64,000 nt of DNA from an uncultured Methanosarcinales archaeon (GCA_964630685.1 CAZVVW010000006.1:16-64015); one strand, 5' to 3'; shown: positions 18,295-28,019, counted from the first letter of the stretch. Program-made: numbers and translations. Notes: generated from the letters alone by a model not told the origin.

Positions 18295-20931
18295 TTAATC
18301 GGTTTGGTGTGTTATTTTTTTGATGATTGGAATTGCTATTGTGCCTATAATGAACAGGATTATAGCTGCAAGGACAATGTAAATCCATTCAAATATACCT
18401 AGGGCTGTTGTTTGGAATATTATGCTCAGTGGGCTGTATATTACAATAAATTGTAATAAAATTGAGGTTGCTACTGCTCCAATAAGGTATTTGTTGGATA
18501 ATATATTTAGTTTGTATTGATATCTCACCACATAGACTCTTACTAATTCAAATACAACTAAACTAGTAAATGCTATTGTTCTTGCTTTTTCTATGTCTGG
18601 AAGATATTGTTGGAATAAAGTCAAGGTTGCAATACAGATAAGAATGCCCATTAAGATTATTTTTGAGGACATGTTTTTACTGACAATGTGTTCTTTTGGG
18701 TTTCTTGGTTTTAATGACATTATTCCTTTACTAATTGGGTCAATGCCTAAAGCTAATGCAGGAAGACCATCTGTAATTAAGTTTATCCAAAGTATTTGTA
18801 GAGCTAAAAGTGGGAGTGGCCAACCTAATAAGCTTGCTATGAAAATGATAAGAATTTCCCCCAAATTGCTTGAAAGTAGATAATTTACGAATTTTTTTAT
18901 GTTAATATAAATTCCCCTTCCTTCTTTTATTGCGTTTACAATTGAACTAAAATGGTCATCAGTTAGAATAAGATCAGAAGCTTCTTTAGCTACATCAGTT
19001 CCTTTGATACCCATTGATATCCCTATATCTGCTTTTTTTAGTGCAGGAGCATCATTTACACCATCACCAGTCATGGCTACAATATGTCCTCTTTTTTTTA
19101 ACGCCTTAATTATTCCCATTTTATGACTTGGGTTGACTCTCGCATAAATTGAAATATTTTCTATGTCATGTAAATTTTCTTTAATTTCTTTTCCTTCTAT
19201 ACTTTTTCCTGTGAGGCCCATTTCTCTTGCTATTGCTTCTGCTGTTAGTTTGTGGTCTCCTGTTATCATCACTACTTTGATTCCTGCTTTTTTACATTTT
19301 GCAATATCTTGTTTAACTCCATTTCTCGGAGGGTCTTGCATTGCTTGTAGCCCTATAAAAATTAAATCCTCCTCTTTTGGTTTATGATTGTTTTTTGTTT
19401 TTTTGTATGCAAAACCTAGAACTCTTAAAGCATTATTTGCAAATTGATTATTTTTTTCTAAAATTTCTTGTTTATCTTTTTCAGTTAATTTTTTGATTTT
19501 GTTGTTTATTTTAATATAGGAGCACAAATGAAGAATTACATCTGGAGCACCCTTAGTGTAAAGATATTTGCCTTTTTTAGTTTGATGAATAGTACTCATT
19601 AATTTTCTTTTAGAACTAAAAGGAATTTCATTTATTCTAGAATTAGTTTTTTCAAGAGATTCTTTTTCTAATCCTAGTTTTGATGCGCTTATTAGTAATG
19701 CTGCTTCTGTTGGATCTCCAATTGCTTTATTTTTTTGAATTGCAGAATCATTACATAAGGCACCTATTTTCAGAAGTAAGTGTAAGTTAATTGTTTTTTT
19801 AAGAAATTTTCCAATCTTGGAATAACCTTCTCCCTTTACATCTATTTCAGTTTGATCAACATATACTTTTCTTACAGTCATTTCGTTTTTTGTAAGGGTT
19901 CCTGTTTTATCTGAACAAATTACTGTTGTTGCTCCGAGTGTTTCAACGCTTGGCAAATTTCTCATTAGCACATTTTTTTTGAGCATTCTTTTTACCCCTA
20001 ATGCTAAAGAGATTGTAACGACTGCTGGAAGGCCTTCTGGAATTGCTGCGACAGCTAAACTGATTGCTATTAAGAAAACAGTGCTAATATTTTCATAGTT
20101 TGTTCCCCCTGTAAGTATTCCTGTTAGAAATACAATCACACAAATTACAATTGTAGCTATACCAAGAAGTTTGCCTAATTTTTTTAATTTTAATTGTAGG
20201 GGCGTCAATTCTTCTTTTGTTTCTTGAATCAATTCTGCTATCTTTCCTATTTGTGTTTCCATGCCTGTTTTTACAACAATGGCTTTTGCATACCCCCTTG
20301 TTGTAATGGTGCTTGAGAATAACATATTTTTTTGATCTGCTAATGGGATATCTTTATTTATTGTTGAAGAAAATTTACTCGTTGGATTTGATTCTCCTGT
20401 GAGAGATGATTCTTGTATTTCTAAATCTTTTGAATAAATTATTCTTGCATCGGCAGGAATTTTATCCCCTTCTTGAATTATTATTAGATCTCCTGGAATA
20501 AGAAATTTAGAATCAATTTCAATTGTTTTTTGATTTCGTATAACTTTTGCTTTTGGTGTTGCTAATTTTTTCAATGCATCTATGGATTTTTCTGCTTTGT
20601 ATTCTTGTACAAATCCAATGATTGCGTTTATTATTAGTATTGAAAATATTGCGATTGCTTCTGCCATGTGAAGAAGTAGGCTTCCACCTTTTGTAGAATA
20701 TTCATGATATCCTAATAAGATTGAAACAATTACAGCAATTATTAGAATATATACAATAAAACTTTCAAATTGGGTTAAGAAAATTTTAAATGGATTTATT
20801 TTTTTTGTTTCTTTTAATTCATTTAGTCCATATTCTTTTGTTCTTTGTTCTGCTTCTATCTGGCTCAAACCTTTTTCTGAGCTATCAAGTAAATTTAGCA
20901 CCTCTTTTTTTGTTTTTTGATAATATTTCAT
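18295..20931 (-). CDS. P2-type cation-transporting P-type ATPase (Ca2+/cation pump family)
   Basis: 'CSDKTGTLT' phosphorylation site, TM4 'IPEGLP', 'MTGDGVNDAPALKKADIGISMG' hinge and 'KGAPD'. 878 aa. There is no CPx heavy-metal motif. Confidence 0.9.
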   Translation of the reverse strand: MKYYQKTKKEVLNLLDSSEKGLSQIEAEQRTKEYGLNELKETKKINPFKIFLTQFESFIVYILIIAVIVSILLGYHEYSTKGGSLLLHMAEAIAIFSILIINAIIGFVQEYKAEKSIDALKKLATPKAKVIRNQKTIEIDSKFLIPGDLIIIQEGDKIPADARIIYSKDLEIQESSLTGESNPTSKFSSTINKDIPLADQKNMLFSSTITTRGYAKAIVVKTGMETQIGKIAELIQETKEELTPLQLKLKKLGKLLGIATIVICVIVFLTGILTGGTNYENISTVFLIAISLAVAAIPEGLPAVVTISLALGVKRMLKKNVLMRNLPSVETLGATTVICSDKTGTLTKNEMTVRKVYVDQTEIDVKGEGYSKIGKFLKKTINLHLLLKIGALCNDSAIQKNKAIGDPTEAALLISASKLGLEKESLEKTNSRINEIPFSSKRKLMSTIHQTKKGKYLYTKGAPDVILHLCSYIKINNKIKKLTEKDKQEILEKNNQFANNALRVLGFAYKKTKNNHKPKEEDLIFIGLQAMQDPPRNGVKQDIAKCKKAGIKVVMITGDHKLTAEAIAREMGLTGKSIEGKEIKENLHDIENISIYARVNPSHKMGIIKALKKRGHIVAMTGDGVNDAPALKKADIGISMGIKGTDVAKEASDLILTDDHFSSIVNAIKEGRGIYINIKKFVNYLLSSNLGEILIIFIASLLGWPLPLLALQILWINLITDGLPALALGIDPISKGIMSLKPRNPKEHIVSKNMSSKIILMGILICIATLTLFQQYLPDIEKARTIAFTSLVVFELVRVYVVRYQYKLNILSNKYLIGAVATSILLQFIVIYSPLSIIFQTTALGIFEWIYIVLAAIILFIIGTIAIPIIKKITHQTD

Positions 20932-21341
20932 TTTTTTATAATATTTCTAATTATGATGGCTATTGGAATTATTATTAACACCAAGGGGACAAATAACACT
21001 CCACTTGCCAGAGTTGGTTGTTGTTCTGCGATAAGCATACCTGTGATTGTAGGATTCAAGAGGTGAAGAATTATTGCAGAGAGTATAAAGAAAGAAGATA
21101 TTGTTATTTCTGGGACATTTAGATTGAAATTACTTTTAGAAGGAGTTATATTATCATGAGCTTTTGATAGAATATAATAAACATAATGTTTTTCTTCTTC
21201 TGTTGAATCTGAATTGAGGATGTTTTGATACATTTCATTTAATCTGTTGTAAGAATTGATTGCTTGGTCTGTTTTTTTATAAGAGAGATTTCTGTTTAAT
21301 TCGATTAATGCAATTTGGAATTGAGTTATTTGATCTTTCAT
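20928..21341 (-). CDS. Hypothetical membrane protein (cytoplasmic N-terminal domain plus 2 TM)
   Basis: 137 aa. It overlaps the ATPase start and the ArsR stop by 4 nt each, which suggests translational coupling. Confidence 0.45.
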   Translation of the reverse strand: MKDQITQFQIALIELNRNLSYKKTDQAINSYNRLNEMYQNILNSDSTEEEKHYVYYILSKAHDNITPSKSNFNLNVPEITISSFFILSAIILHLLNPTITGMLIAEQQPTLASGVLFVPLVLIIIPIAIIIRNIIKK

Positions 21342-21613
21342 TTCATTTCCTCTAAGATTTTATCATAAACATCTAAAAGGGTTCTTATGCTTTCAAGTTT
21401 TAGGGAATAATATTTTTCTGGAAATTTTACTTCTGCTGTTATTATGCCAAAATAATCCAATAGAGTGAGGTGTTTTGAAGCAAGCGACGTAGAAATTTCC
21501 ATGGCTTTTGCTATATTTGTAACAGTGTGGGGGTGTTTACACAAGAGTCTTAGAATCGTACGTCTAGAATTGGAAGAAATCGCCTTTGAAAGCACATCAT
21601 CTCTACTTGGCAT
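21338..21613 (-). CDS. ArsR/SmtB-family winged-HTH transcriptional regulator
   Basis: 'RRTILRLLCKHPHTVTNIAKAMEISTSLASKHLTLL' is a typical ArsR HTH. 91 aa. It is the first gene of the minus-strand operon. Confidence 0.75.
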   Translation of the reverse strand: MPSRDDVLSKAISSNSRRTILRLLCKHPHTVTNIAKAMEISTSLASKHLTLLDYFGIITAEVKFPEKYYSLKLESIRTLLDVYDKILEEMK

Positions 21614-21642
21614 AAAAGTTGAAAAAGAATGATAGTATTTAA

Positions 21643-22392
21643 ATGTTACGTAATTGTTTAGTTGAACAGTTGAACAAGTTGGAAACTCTAATAGTAAGTA
21701 ATATAAATATAAGAAAATTAGCTGTCAGTATGAAACAAATGTTTGTTGAGGCAAGATTTGAAGGAAAAAACAAAATTCCTGAAGAGCTGATTGATAAGTT
21801 GCCTTTGAATGTGGCTTTGTTTAGTACTGTACAATTTTTAGATAGTCTAGAATATATTAAAAAACAGATTACTGATTCTGGTAGAAAAGTAGTTGTTGTT
21901 AAAGGAAGACATGCTAAATATTGTGGGCAGATATTGGGATGCAGTATTGATAAAGTGAAAGGTGTTGGGGGTTTTCTTTATATTGGAGATGGTAGATTCC
22001 ACCCAATTGCGCTTAAACTGAAAAATGAAAAACCTGTTTTTGTGTATAATCCTTTTTCTAAAAAATATAAAGAACTCGAAGAATCTGATGTAGAAAGGGT
22101 TAGAAAAAAGATTAAAGGGGCTAGGTTGAAGTTTTTGACTAGTGAAGAAATTGGTGTTTTAGTGAGTGTTAAACCCGGACAGCAATTTCTTAATTCTGCT
22201 TTGGAACTTAGAAAAAAGTATCCTGACAAGAATTTTTATTTTTTAATGTTTGATTCAATTGATTTTGGAAGTTTGGAAGATTTTTCTTTTGTTGATATGT
22301 TTGTGAATACTGCTTGTCCTAGAATAATTGATGATATTGATAAGTTTAGAAAACCATTGATAAATATTGAAGATATTGAAGAATTAAATTAA
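21643..22392 (+). CDS. dph2: Dph2-like 2-(3-amino-3-carboxypropyl)histidine synthase (diphthamide biosynthesis), apparently lacking most of domain 1
   Basis: 'YCGQILGC', 'GGFLYIGDGRFHP' and 'NTACPRI' align with domains 2-3 of archaeal Dph2. The ORF cannot extend upstream because of an in-frame TAA at 21640-21642. At 249 aa it is about 90 aa shorter than characterised Dph2. Confidence 0.65.
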   Translation: MLRNCLVEQLNKLETLIVSNINIRKLAVSMKQMFVEARFEGKNKIPEELIDKLPLNVALFSTVQFLDSLEYIKKQITDSGRKVVVVKGRHAKYCGQILGCSIDKVKGVGGFLYIGDGRFHPIALKLKNEKPVFVYNPFSKKYKELEESDVERVRKKIKGARLKFLTSEEIGVLVSVKPGQQFLNSALELRKKYPDKNFYFLMFDSIDFGSLEDFSFVDMFVNTACPRIIDDIDKFRKPLINIEDIEELN

Positions 22393-23315
22393 GTTATTAT
22401 ATTTAAATTTTCTTTGCTCAAAAAACCTTCTCCGATACCTTTTCCAACATAAAAGAATTTTTCACTTATTGTTTGACTTAACATTTCTATGAATGTTTTT
22501 TCTTTTTTATATTCTGTTAGTTCTGCTGTTATGTTGAGCTCTTTTTCGATGTAGGTTAGTGCATTTTCTTTTGATCCTATAAAATCAATTAATCCATATT
22601 CTTTGGCGTCTTCACCTAGGTAGAATAATCCATTTGCGAGTTCTTCGACTTTTTCTTTTGATAGGTTTCTGTTTAATGCGACATCTTCTATGAAATAATT
22701 ATGAATTTTGTTCATTATTGATTGAAAGATTACTCTTTCATCATATTCTAGTTCTTTAAATGGGCTCCCCATATCTTTGTATTTTCCTGCTGTGAGTCTT
22801 TGATAAGTTATGTTGTATTTTTGTAGAAAGTTTGCGAATTCTAAATAAGAACTAATTACACCTATTGAACCAGTTATAGACATTTTGTTAGCAAAGATTT
22901 TATCTGTTGCTGTGGCAGCCCAATAAGCTCCCGATGCGCCTACTTCAGTAATTACTGAAACAGTGGTTTTGTTTACTGCTTTGATTGCTTCAGCTATATT
23001 GCTTGATGCTACGGCTGAACCACCAGGAGAATTTATATCAAATAATATTGCTTGGATTCCTGGTGCTTTATCTGCTTTTTTGATTAGTTTGATTAATTCT
23101 GTTGCTGCGACATTACTTTGTCCAAATGAAGAACCTGATTCTGAAGTTATCACTCCCTTTATTGGGATTACAGCTATATTTCCTATTTCTGATGATTTAT
23201 AAAATAAAGAAGGAAGAATTCCTGCAAGAATCCAGCTTAATATGAATAACATGATTAATGTTTGGAATATGAATTTCCAACTTAGATCTTTATTTGTTTG
23301 TTGTGTTTTTTTCAT
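22389..23315 (-). CDS. sppA: Signal peptide peptidase SppA (S49 family)
   Basis: 'INSPGGSAVASSNIAEAI' and 'GASGAYWAATATDKIFANKMSITGSIGV' are the S49 catalytic Ser and Lys regions. There is an N-terminal TM anchor. Confidence 0.85.
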   Translation of the reverse strand: MKKTQQTNKDLSWKFIFQTLIMLFILSWILAGILPSLFYKSSEIGNIAVIPIKGVITSESGSSFGQSNVAATELIKLIKKADKAPGIQAILFDINSPGGSAVASSNIAEAIKAVNKTTVSVITEVGASGAYWAATATDKIFANKMSITGSIGVISSYLEFANFLQKYNITYQRLTAGKYKDMGSPFKELEYDERVIFQSIMNKIHNYFIEDVALNRNLSKEKVEELANGLFYLGEDAKEYGLIDFIGSKENALTYIEKELNITAELTEYKKEKTFIEMLSQTISEKFFYVGKGIGEGFLSKENLNIIT

Positions 23316-23830
23316 TATGTGTACTCCAATGTAAATTCTTGGATAACTTTTGTTTTGCTCAATGATTCTGTGAATCTTTGACCTTGTTTATTGAAAAATA
23401 AATAGATTGGATCTATTAGCCATAATAATATAAATGGGAATAAAGGAATTAAGAATAAACTTCTTATTAGATATTGCCAAACTTTTTGTTCTTTAGTTGT
23501 TGAGATGACTTTGAGTTTTAGGATTTTTTTCCCTATTGTTTGTCCTAGTTTTAGTTCTAAAATTGCGAAATATGCTATTGTCAGTATTGCTATTGCAATG
23601 CTTATGGAATAGATGCTGTAACTTATCTCTGGGTTGTTTAGAACATAATTGTAAGATTCTTCAAAAGAGATAAATTCTGGAATTAAATTGGAAATATATT
23701 TTTTAAATGGATAGATAATTATTAGATTTAGAATTAATAAATCTATGATAAACGCAATACCTCTTTTTATTAGTGAAGCATTGCCTGCCACTTTTCTTGG
23801 CTTAGGCAGTCTTAATGACTTATGCATCAA
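23315..23830 (-). CDS. RDD-family membrane protein
   Basis: 'LIKRGIAFIIDLLILNLI' and 'LKLGQTIGKKILKLKV' with 3 TMs. 171 aa. Confidence 0.6.
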   Translation of the reverse strand: MMHKSLRLPKPRKVAGNASLIKRGIAFIIDLLILNLIIIYPFKKYISNLIPEFISFEESYNYVLNNPEISYSIYSISIAIAILTIAYFAILELKLGQTIGKKILKLKVISTTKEQKVWQYLIRSLFLIPLFPFILLWLIDPIYLFFNKQGQRFTESLSKTKVIQEFTLEYT

Positions 23831-23921
23831 AGTTATTGAAATTAATCTAGTATAAAAATATAGCGGTTTGATGAGATCTTAAAACATAACTTTTATATAT
23901 TTAAATGGTTTTTTAAGTATT

Positions 23922-24188
23922 ATGGTTTTTGGATTTAAAAAATTTAAAAATAGGATGAAAAGACAAGAGGAATATTTCTTTAGTAAGTTTAAAGAGTTGG
24001 GACATATAAATCAAATGTTTGCTTCTTTGACTGTATTTGTAGGAATTATTTTTGTGTGGAGAGGTGTTTATAATATTATGAATCAATATTGGTTCCTCGA
24101 TTATCCTGTTTTTTCTAATGTTTCAGGTATTGTTGTTGGATTGATAATTCTTACATTAACTCATTATATAGTCAAGAAAACGGTTTAA
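23922..24188 (+). CDS. Small hypothetical membrane protein
   Basis: 88 aa with 2 TMs. Confidence 0.35.
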   Translation: MVFGFKKFKNRMKRQEEYFFSKFKELGHINQMFASLTVFVGIIFVWRGVYNIMNQYWFLDYPVFSNVSGIVVGLIILTLTHYIVKKTV

Positions 24189-24200
24189 TAATAAAAGATA

Positions 24201-24674
24201 ATGAAAACTATAATTGTGACTGGTTCTGTAGGTTCTGGAAAAACTACTTTAGCTAAAAAACTTTCAAAATTTTTAGATTTTGATTATATAGATGTGAATT
24301 ATGTTGTTAAGAAGAATAAACTTGCTGAAAGTTATGACGAGTCTAAAAAATGTAATATTGTTGATGTAGAAAAATTAAATAAATTTTTAATTGAATTAAT
24401 TAAGGAATCAGTAGTTGGATTAGTTATTGATTCTCATATGGGCCATTATCTCCCTAAAAAATATGTAAATATTTGTGTTGTGACTAAATGTAATATTGGT
24501 GTACTGAAAAAAAGGTTGAAAAAAAGGAATTATTCTTTGCAAAAAATAAAAGATAATATTGAAGCAGAGATATTCAATACTTGTTTTGAAGAAGCAAAAG
24601 AAAATAGGCATAAAATATTATTGGTAGATACTTCTAAAGGAATAACCAAAGATGTTTTATCTTTGATTTCTTAA
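24201..24674 (+). CDS. Adenylate kinase isoenzyme 6 / Fap7-like NTPase
   Basis: P-loop 'VTGSVGSGKTTLAK'. 'VIDSHMGHYLP..VNICVVTKCNIGVLKKRLKKRNYSLQKIKDNIEAEIFNTCFEEA' aligns well with eukaryotic AK6/Fap7 ('VDYHGCDFFP...TDNIQCEIFQVLYEEA'). Confidence 0.75.
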   Translation: MKTIIVTGSVGSGKTTLAKKLSKFLDFDYIDVNYVVKKNKLAESYDESKKCNIVDVEKLNKFLIELIKESVVGLVIDSHMGHYLPKKYVNICVVTKCNIGVLKKRLKKRNYSLQKIKDNIEAEIFNTCFEEAKENRHKILLVDTSKGITKDVLSLIS

Positions 24675-24684
24675 TTTTATTTAA

Positions 24685-24831
24685 TCAATCTTCATTAAAA
24701 CCCATCATAAAACCAGCTTCTTCTGCACTTATTTCGTCGTCATTTAGATTTTCTTCTATCTGATTATAAAAGTCATCACTATCATTTGGTTTTTCCGATA
24801 GTTCTTCTTCTATTTCTTCTTGGATTTCCAT
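24685..24831 (-). CDS. Small acidic protein (48 aa) with a 'DEISxEEAGFMMGFNED' module
   Basis: Found by manual translation because it is below the ORF-track cutoff. Sequence: MEIQEEIEEELSEKPNDSDDFYNQIEENLNDDEISAEEAGFMMGFNED. Its C-terminal motif recurs in the TRASH-domain protein at 60802..61113. Confidence 0.35.
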   Translation of the reverse strand: MEIQEEIEEELSEKPNDSDDFYNQIEENLNDDEISAEEAGFMMGFNED

Positions 24832-25107
24832 TTTTTGAGAAATTCAACAAAACTCAGTTTTTTAGTGTTTAGTTTGAGGTAATCTTTTATTGCATCGATT
24901 TCCACAACTTTAACTTTTTCTTTCTTGATTTTGACTACCCCCCATTAAAGTATGATATTATCATATAAAGTATTACTTTCTATATAAACCTTTCGGAAAT
25001 TTTGCGGATTTTAAGGGTTTCTCATCTAAAAAATGATTTATTAAGTATCATACCTTTTTTTTAAAAAGCAAAGATTTATATATTATTTATATTTTTTATA
25101 TCAAATC

Positions 25108-25944
25108 GTGAAAGAAAGAGTAACGCTAACACTTGATCAAGGAATTCTTAAATTAGTGGATAAAAAAGTAGATGGGTTTAATATTAAGAATAGAAGTCAT
25201 GCTGTTGAATTGTTAATTTCTAAAGCACTAAAAGCTCATATTCCTAAGAAAGCTGTGCTTTTAGTTGGGGGAACAGGCACTCGGTTAAGACCTTTGACTT
25301 ATGAAATTCCTAAAGCTTTACTTCCTATACATGGAAAAACATTGACAGAACATTTGTTTGATTTGTTTAAGAAGTATGATGTCAATGAGACTATCATGGC
25401 AGTAGGATATTTGAGAGAAAAAATAATAGATTATTTTGGTGATGGTTCTAAATTTGGTATGAAATTAAAATATATAGAAGAAAAAGAGCCTTTGGGAACT
25501 GCAGGTCCAATAAAATTAGCAAAGGAAATGTTGAATGATACATTTATTGTTTCAAATGGTGATGAATTAAAAGATATAGATGTTGAAGAGATGTATAAAG
25601 TGCATAAAGAGAATCAGGCTTCAGTTACAATTGCTTTAACAACTGTGGAAGATCCCAGTCAATATGGTGTTGCAAGATTATCTGGTTCAAAGATACTTGA
25701 ATTTGTAGAGAAACCTAAAAAAGAAGATGCTCCATCTAAATTAATTAATTCTGGGTTTTATATTATTGAGCCAGAAGTTATTGATATGATTCCAGATGGG
25801 TTTGCGATGTTAGAAAAAGAAGTTTTTCCAAAATTAGCAAAACAAGGTAAATTGTTTGGTTTTCCTTTTTCTGGTCAGTGGTTTGATACAGGTAATATTG
25901 AGCGTTATGATAAAGCTATAAAAAAATGGAAGGATTTAGTGTAA
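25108..25944 (+). CDS. Sugar-phosphate nucleotidyltransferase (NDP-hexose pyrophosphorylase) with a 45-aa N-terminal extension
   Basis: 'AVLLVGGTGTRLRPLTYEIPKALLPI' is the canonical G-x-G-T-R-L NTP-transferase signature. The gene starts with GTG. The N-terminus 'VTLTLDQGILKLVDKK..RSHAVELLISKAL' is ribbon-helix-helix-like. Confidence 0.8.
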   Translation: MKERVTLTLDQGILKLVDKKVDGFNIKNRSHAVELLISKALKAHIPKKAVLLVGGTGTRLRPLTYEIPKALLPIHGKTLTEHLFDLFKKYDVNETIMAVGYLREKIIDYFGDGSKFGMKLKYIEEKEPLGTAGPIKLAKEMLNDTFIVSNGDELKDIDVEEMYKVHKENQASVTIALTTVEDPSQYGVARLSGSKILEFVEKPKKEDAPSKLINSGFYIIEPEVIDMIPDGFAMLEKEVFPKLAKQGKLFGFPFSGQWFDTGNIERYDKAIKKWKDLV

Positions 25945-25945
25945 T

Positions 25946-27268
25946 ATGGGAATTTTTAAAGCTTATGACATAAGGGGAGTTTATCCTAAAGAATTAGATG
26001 AAAAATTAATGGAAAAAATTGGCAGGGCTTTTGCTGATTTTATTAAAGGAAAAAATATTGCTGTTGGTTATGACATGAGGGTTTCTGGACCAAAACTCTT
26101 TGATGCTTTTGTTAAGGGAGTGACTCTTCAAGGAAAAAATGTGATTAATTTTGGATTAACTTCTACACCCATGGCTTATTTTGCAAGCTCATATCTTAAA
26201 GCAGATGGCATGGCTATGATTACTGCTTCTCATAATCCTAAAGAATACAATGGAGTTAAATTTACGCGTGAAGAAGCAATACCTATTTCAGGAGATACAG
26301 GAATAAGGGAAATAAAAGATAAAGTAGAGCAGGAAGATTTTAAGAAAGTCGTTAAAACTGGAAAAATAAGTGAACAAGATATTAAAAAGGAATACAAAAA
26401 ACATTTGTTATCTTTTGTTAAAGGAATAAAAGAGCTAAAAGTAGTTGTTGATTGTGCTAATGGGATGGGTGCACAGGATTTTTCTTTAATTCAAAAAGAA
26501 TTATTAATTGATGTTGTACCTCTCTATTTTGAAATTGATGGCACTTTTCCAAATCACGATGCAAATCCAATGAAAAAAGGAGTTCTCGATGCATTGAAAA
26601 AGAAAGTGATTGTTGAGAAAGCAGAGCTAGGAATTGCTTTTGATGGAGATGCTGATAGAGTTTTCTTTATAGACAATGAAGGCGAATTAGTGCCCTCTGA
26701 TTTTATCACTGCTTTAATTTCAGAAGAAATATTAAATCACAATCCAAATTCTTTAGTGCTCTATGATTTGCGAAGCTCATGGATTGTTCCTGAAATGATT
26801 GAAAAATTTAGTGGAAGAAGTTTAAGATGTCGTGTAGGTCATTCTTTTATCAAGCAAAAAATGAGGGAAGATAATGCTATTTTTGCAGGAGAATTATCAG
26901 GTCATTTTTATTTTAAAAATAATTTTTTTACAGATTCTGGGATAATTACAGCTATTTGGGTGATGAATCTTTTATCTGCTAAAGGGATTCCTTTTTCTGA
27001 ATTAATCAGACCTTTGAAAAAGTATTATTCTTCTGGGGAAATAAATTCAGAGGTGAAAGATAAGGAAGCTAAAATGAAAGAGTTGGCTGAAAACTATAAA
27101 GAAGGGAGAGTTTCCTGGCTAGATGGTGTAAGGGTTGATTTTGATGATTGGTGGTTTAATGTAAGGCCGAGCAATACTGAACCTTTATTGAGGCTTAACC
27201 TTGAGGCTAAGACAGAACAAAAAATGGAAGAAATGAGAAATAAGTTATTAAGCGAGATTAGGTCTTGA
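25946..27268 (+). CDS. Phosphoglucomutase/phosphomannomutase (alpha-D-phosphohexomutase)
   Basis: Active-site 'TASHNPKEYNGVK', metal-binding 'FDGDADR' and sugar-binding 'GELSGH'. 440 aa. Confidence 0.9.
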   Translation: MGIFKAYDIRGVYPKELDEKLMEKIGRAFADFIKGKNIAVGYDMRVSGPKLFDAFVKGVTLQGKNVINFGLTSTPMAYFASSYLKADGMAMITASHNPKEYNGVKFTREEAIPISGDTGIREIKDKVEQEDFKKVVKTGKISEQDIKKEYKKHLLSFVKGIKELKVVVDCANGMGAQDFSLIQKELLIDVVPLYFEIDGTFPNHDANPMKKGVLDALKKKVIVEKAELGIAFDGDADRVFFIDNEGELVPSDFITALISEEILNHNPNSLVLYDLRSSWIVPEMIEKFSGRSLRCRVGHSFIKQKMREDNAIFAGELSGHFYFKNNFFTDSGIITAIWVMNLLSAKGIPFSELIRPLKKYYSSGEINSEVKDKEAKMKELAENYKEGRVSWLDGVRVDFDDWWFNVRPSNTEPLLRLNLEAKTEQKMEEMRNKLLSEIRS

Positions 27269-28018
27269 GAATTTTCTTTTATAATTGTTTTTGTAATTTA
27301 GTGTTTTTAATTTTCTTATATCTTTACCTGAAAAAAGATAGTTTCCTTGTTTTGAATCTTTTATTTTGAAACCAACGTGGTAATGGTGGGCTATTCTATC
27401 AATTTCTTCAATACTTTTTCCTGTTTTTTCTGATACTTCATGAGAACGATAAAGAAATTTATTTGAATATTTTCCTAAGAAATCATTCAAAGAATCCACA
27501 CTGATAAAGTGGTGTTCTTTTCCATTGAAAACAGTAATTCTTGGTTTTAGACTTTCATTTTCAATTAAATCATAGACAACATGAGGGTCTTTGATTTTTA
27601 GTCTTGCCATTGTTTCTCTAACTAAAAGTATTTTTGGGCAATCTTGTTTGCGGATATTGAATTTATTTAAGTATGATTCTCTACTGCAATTGTATAAATC
27701 TAAAGCATACTCTATTTTTGAGCGATTGTTAAATTTAGAATCTGGGAGAATTTGTTTTATGTTGAATTCTTGGATTATCCTAGAGTGTTTAATGTTGCTT
27801 TTTCTTAGAACATAAATTTCCTTTATATAATCATTTAAAGCATCTTTTATTTCAAATTTATTTTTTAAGAGTTCAACTTCTTTTTTATCATATAAGTATT
27901 TATATCCTTTTTTTATTTTGGTTAGAAGGCATTTTTTAGCATATCTTGGAACTGTTCTTCCATTTACATTCAAGATTCTTCCAGCTTCTTTTCGATTGAT
28001 TAAGTTATCTAAAGTCAT
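27248..28018 (-). CDS. Hypothetical protein with N-terminal HTH-like segment
   Basis: 'INRKEAGRILNVNGRTVPRYAKK' resembles an excisionase/MerR-type HTH. The rest is unknown. It is start/stop-adjacent to the upstream gene, consistent with an operon. Confidence 0.45.
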   Translation of the reverse strand: MTLDNLINRKEAGRILNVNGRTVPRYAKKCLLTKIKKGYKYLYDKKEVELLKNKFEIKDALNDYIKEIYVLRKSNIKHSRIIQEFNIKQILPDSKFNNRSKIEYALDLYNCSRESYLNKFNIRKQDCPKILLVRETMARLKIKDPHVVYDLIENESLKPRITVFNGKEHHFISVDSLNDFLGKYSNKFLYRSHEVSEKTGKSIEEIDRIAHHYHVGFKIKDSKQGNYLFSGKDIRKLKTLNYKNNYKRKFSRPNLA

Positions 28019-28019
28019 T

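Noticed and set aside
18295-20931. P-type ATPase as a heavy-metal (arsenite/Cu/Zn) exporter, suggested by the upstream ArsR
   Set aside because: It lacks the CPC/CPH transmembrane motif and N-terminal metal-binding domains of P1B pumps. It has the PEGL motif of P2-type (Ca2+/cation) ATPases.
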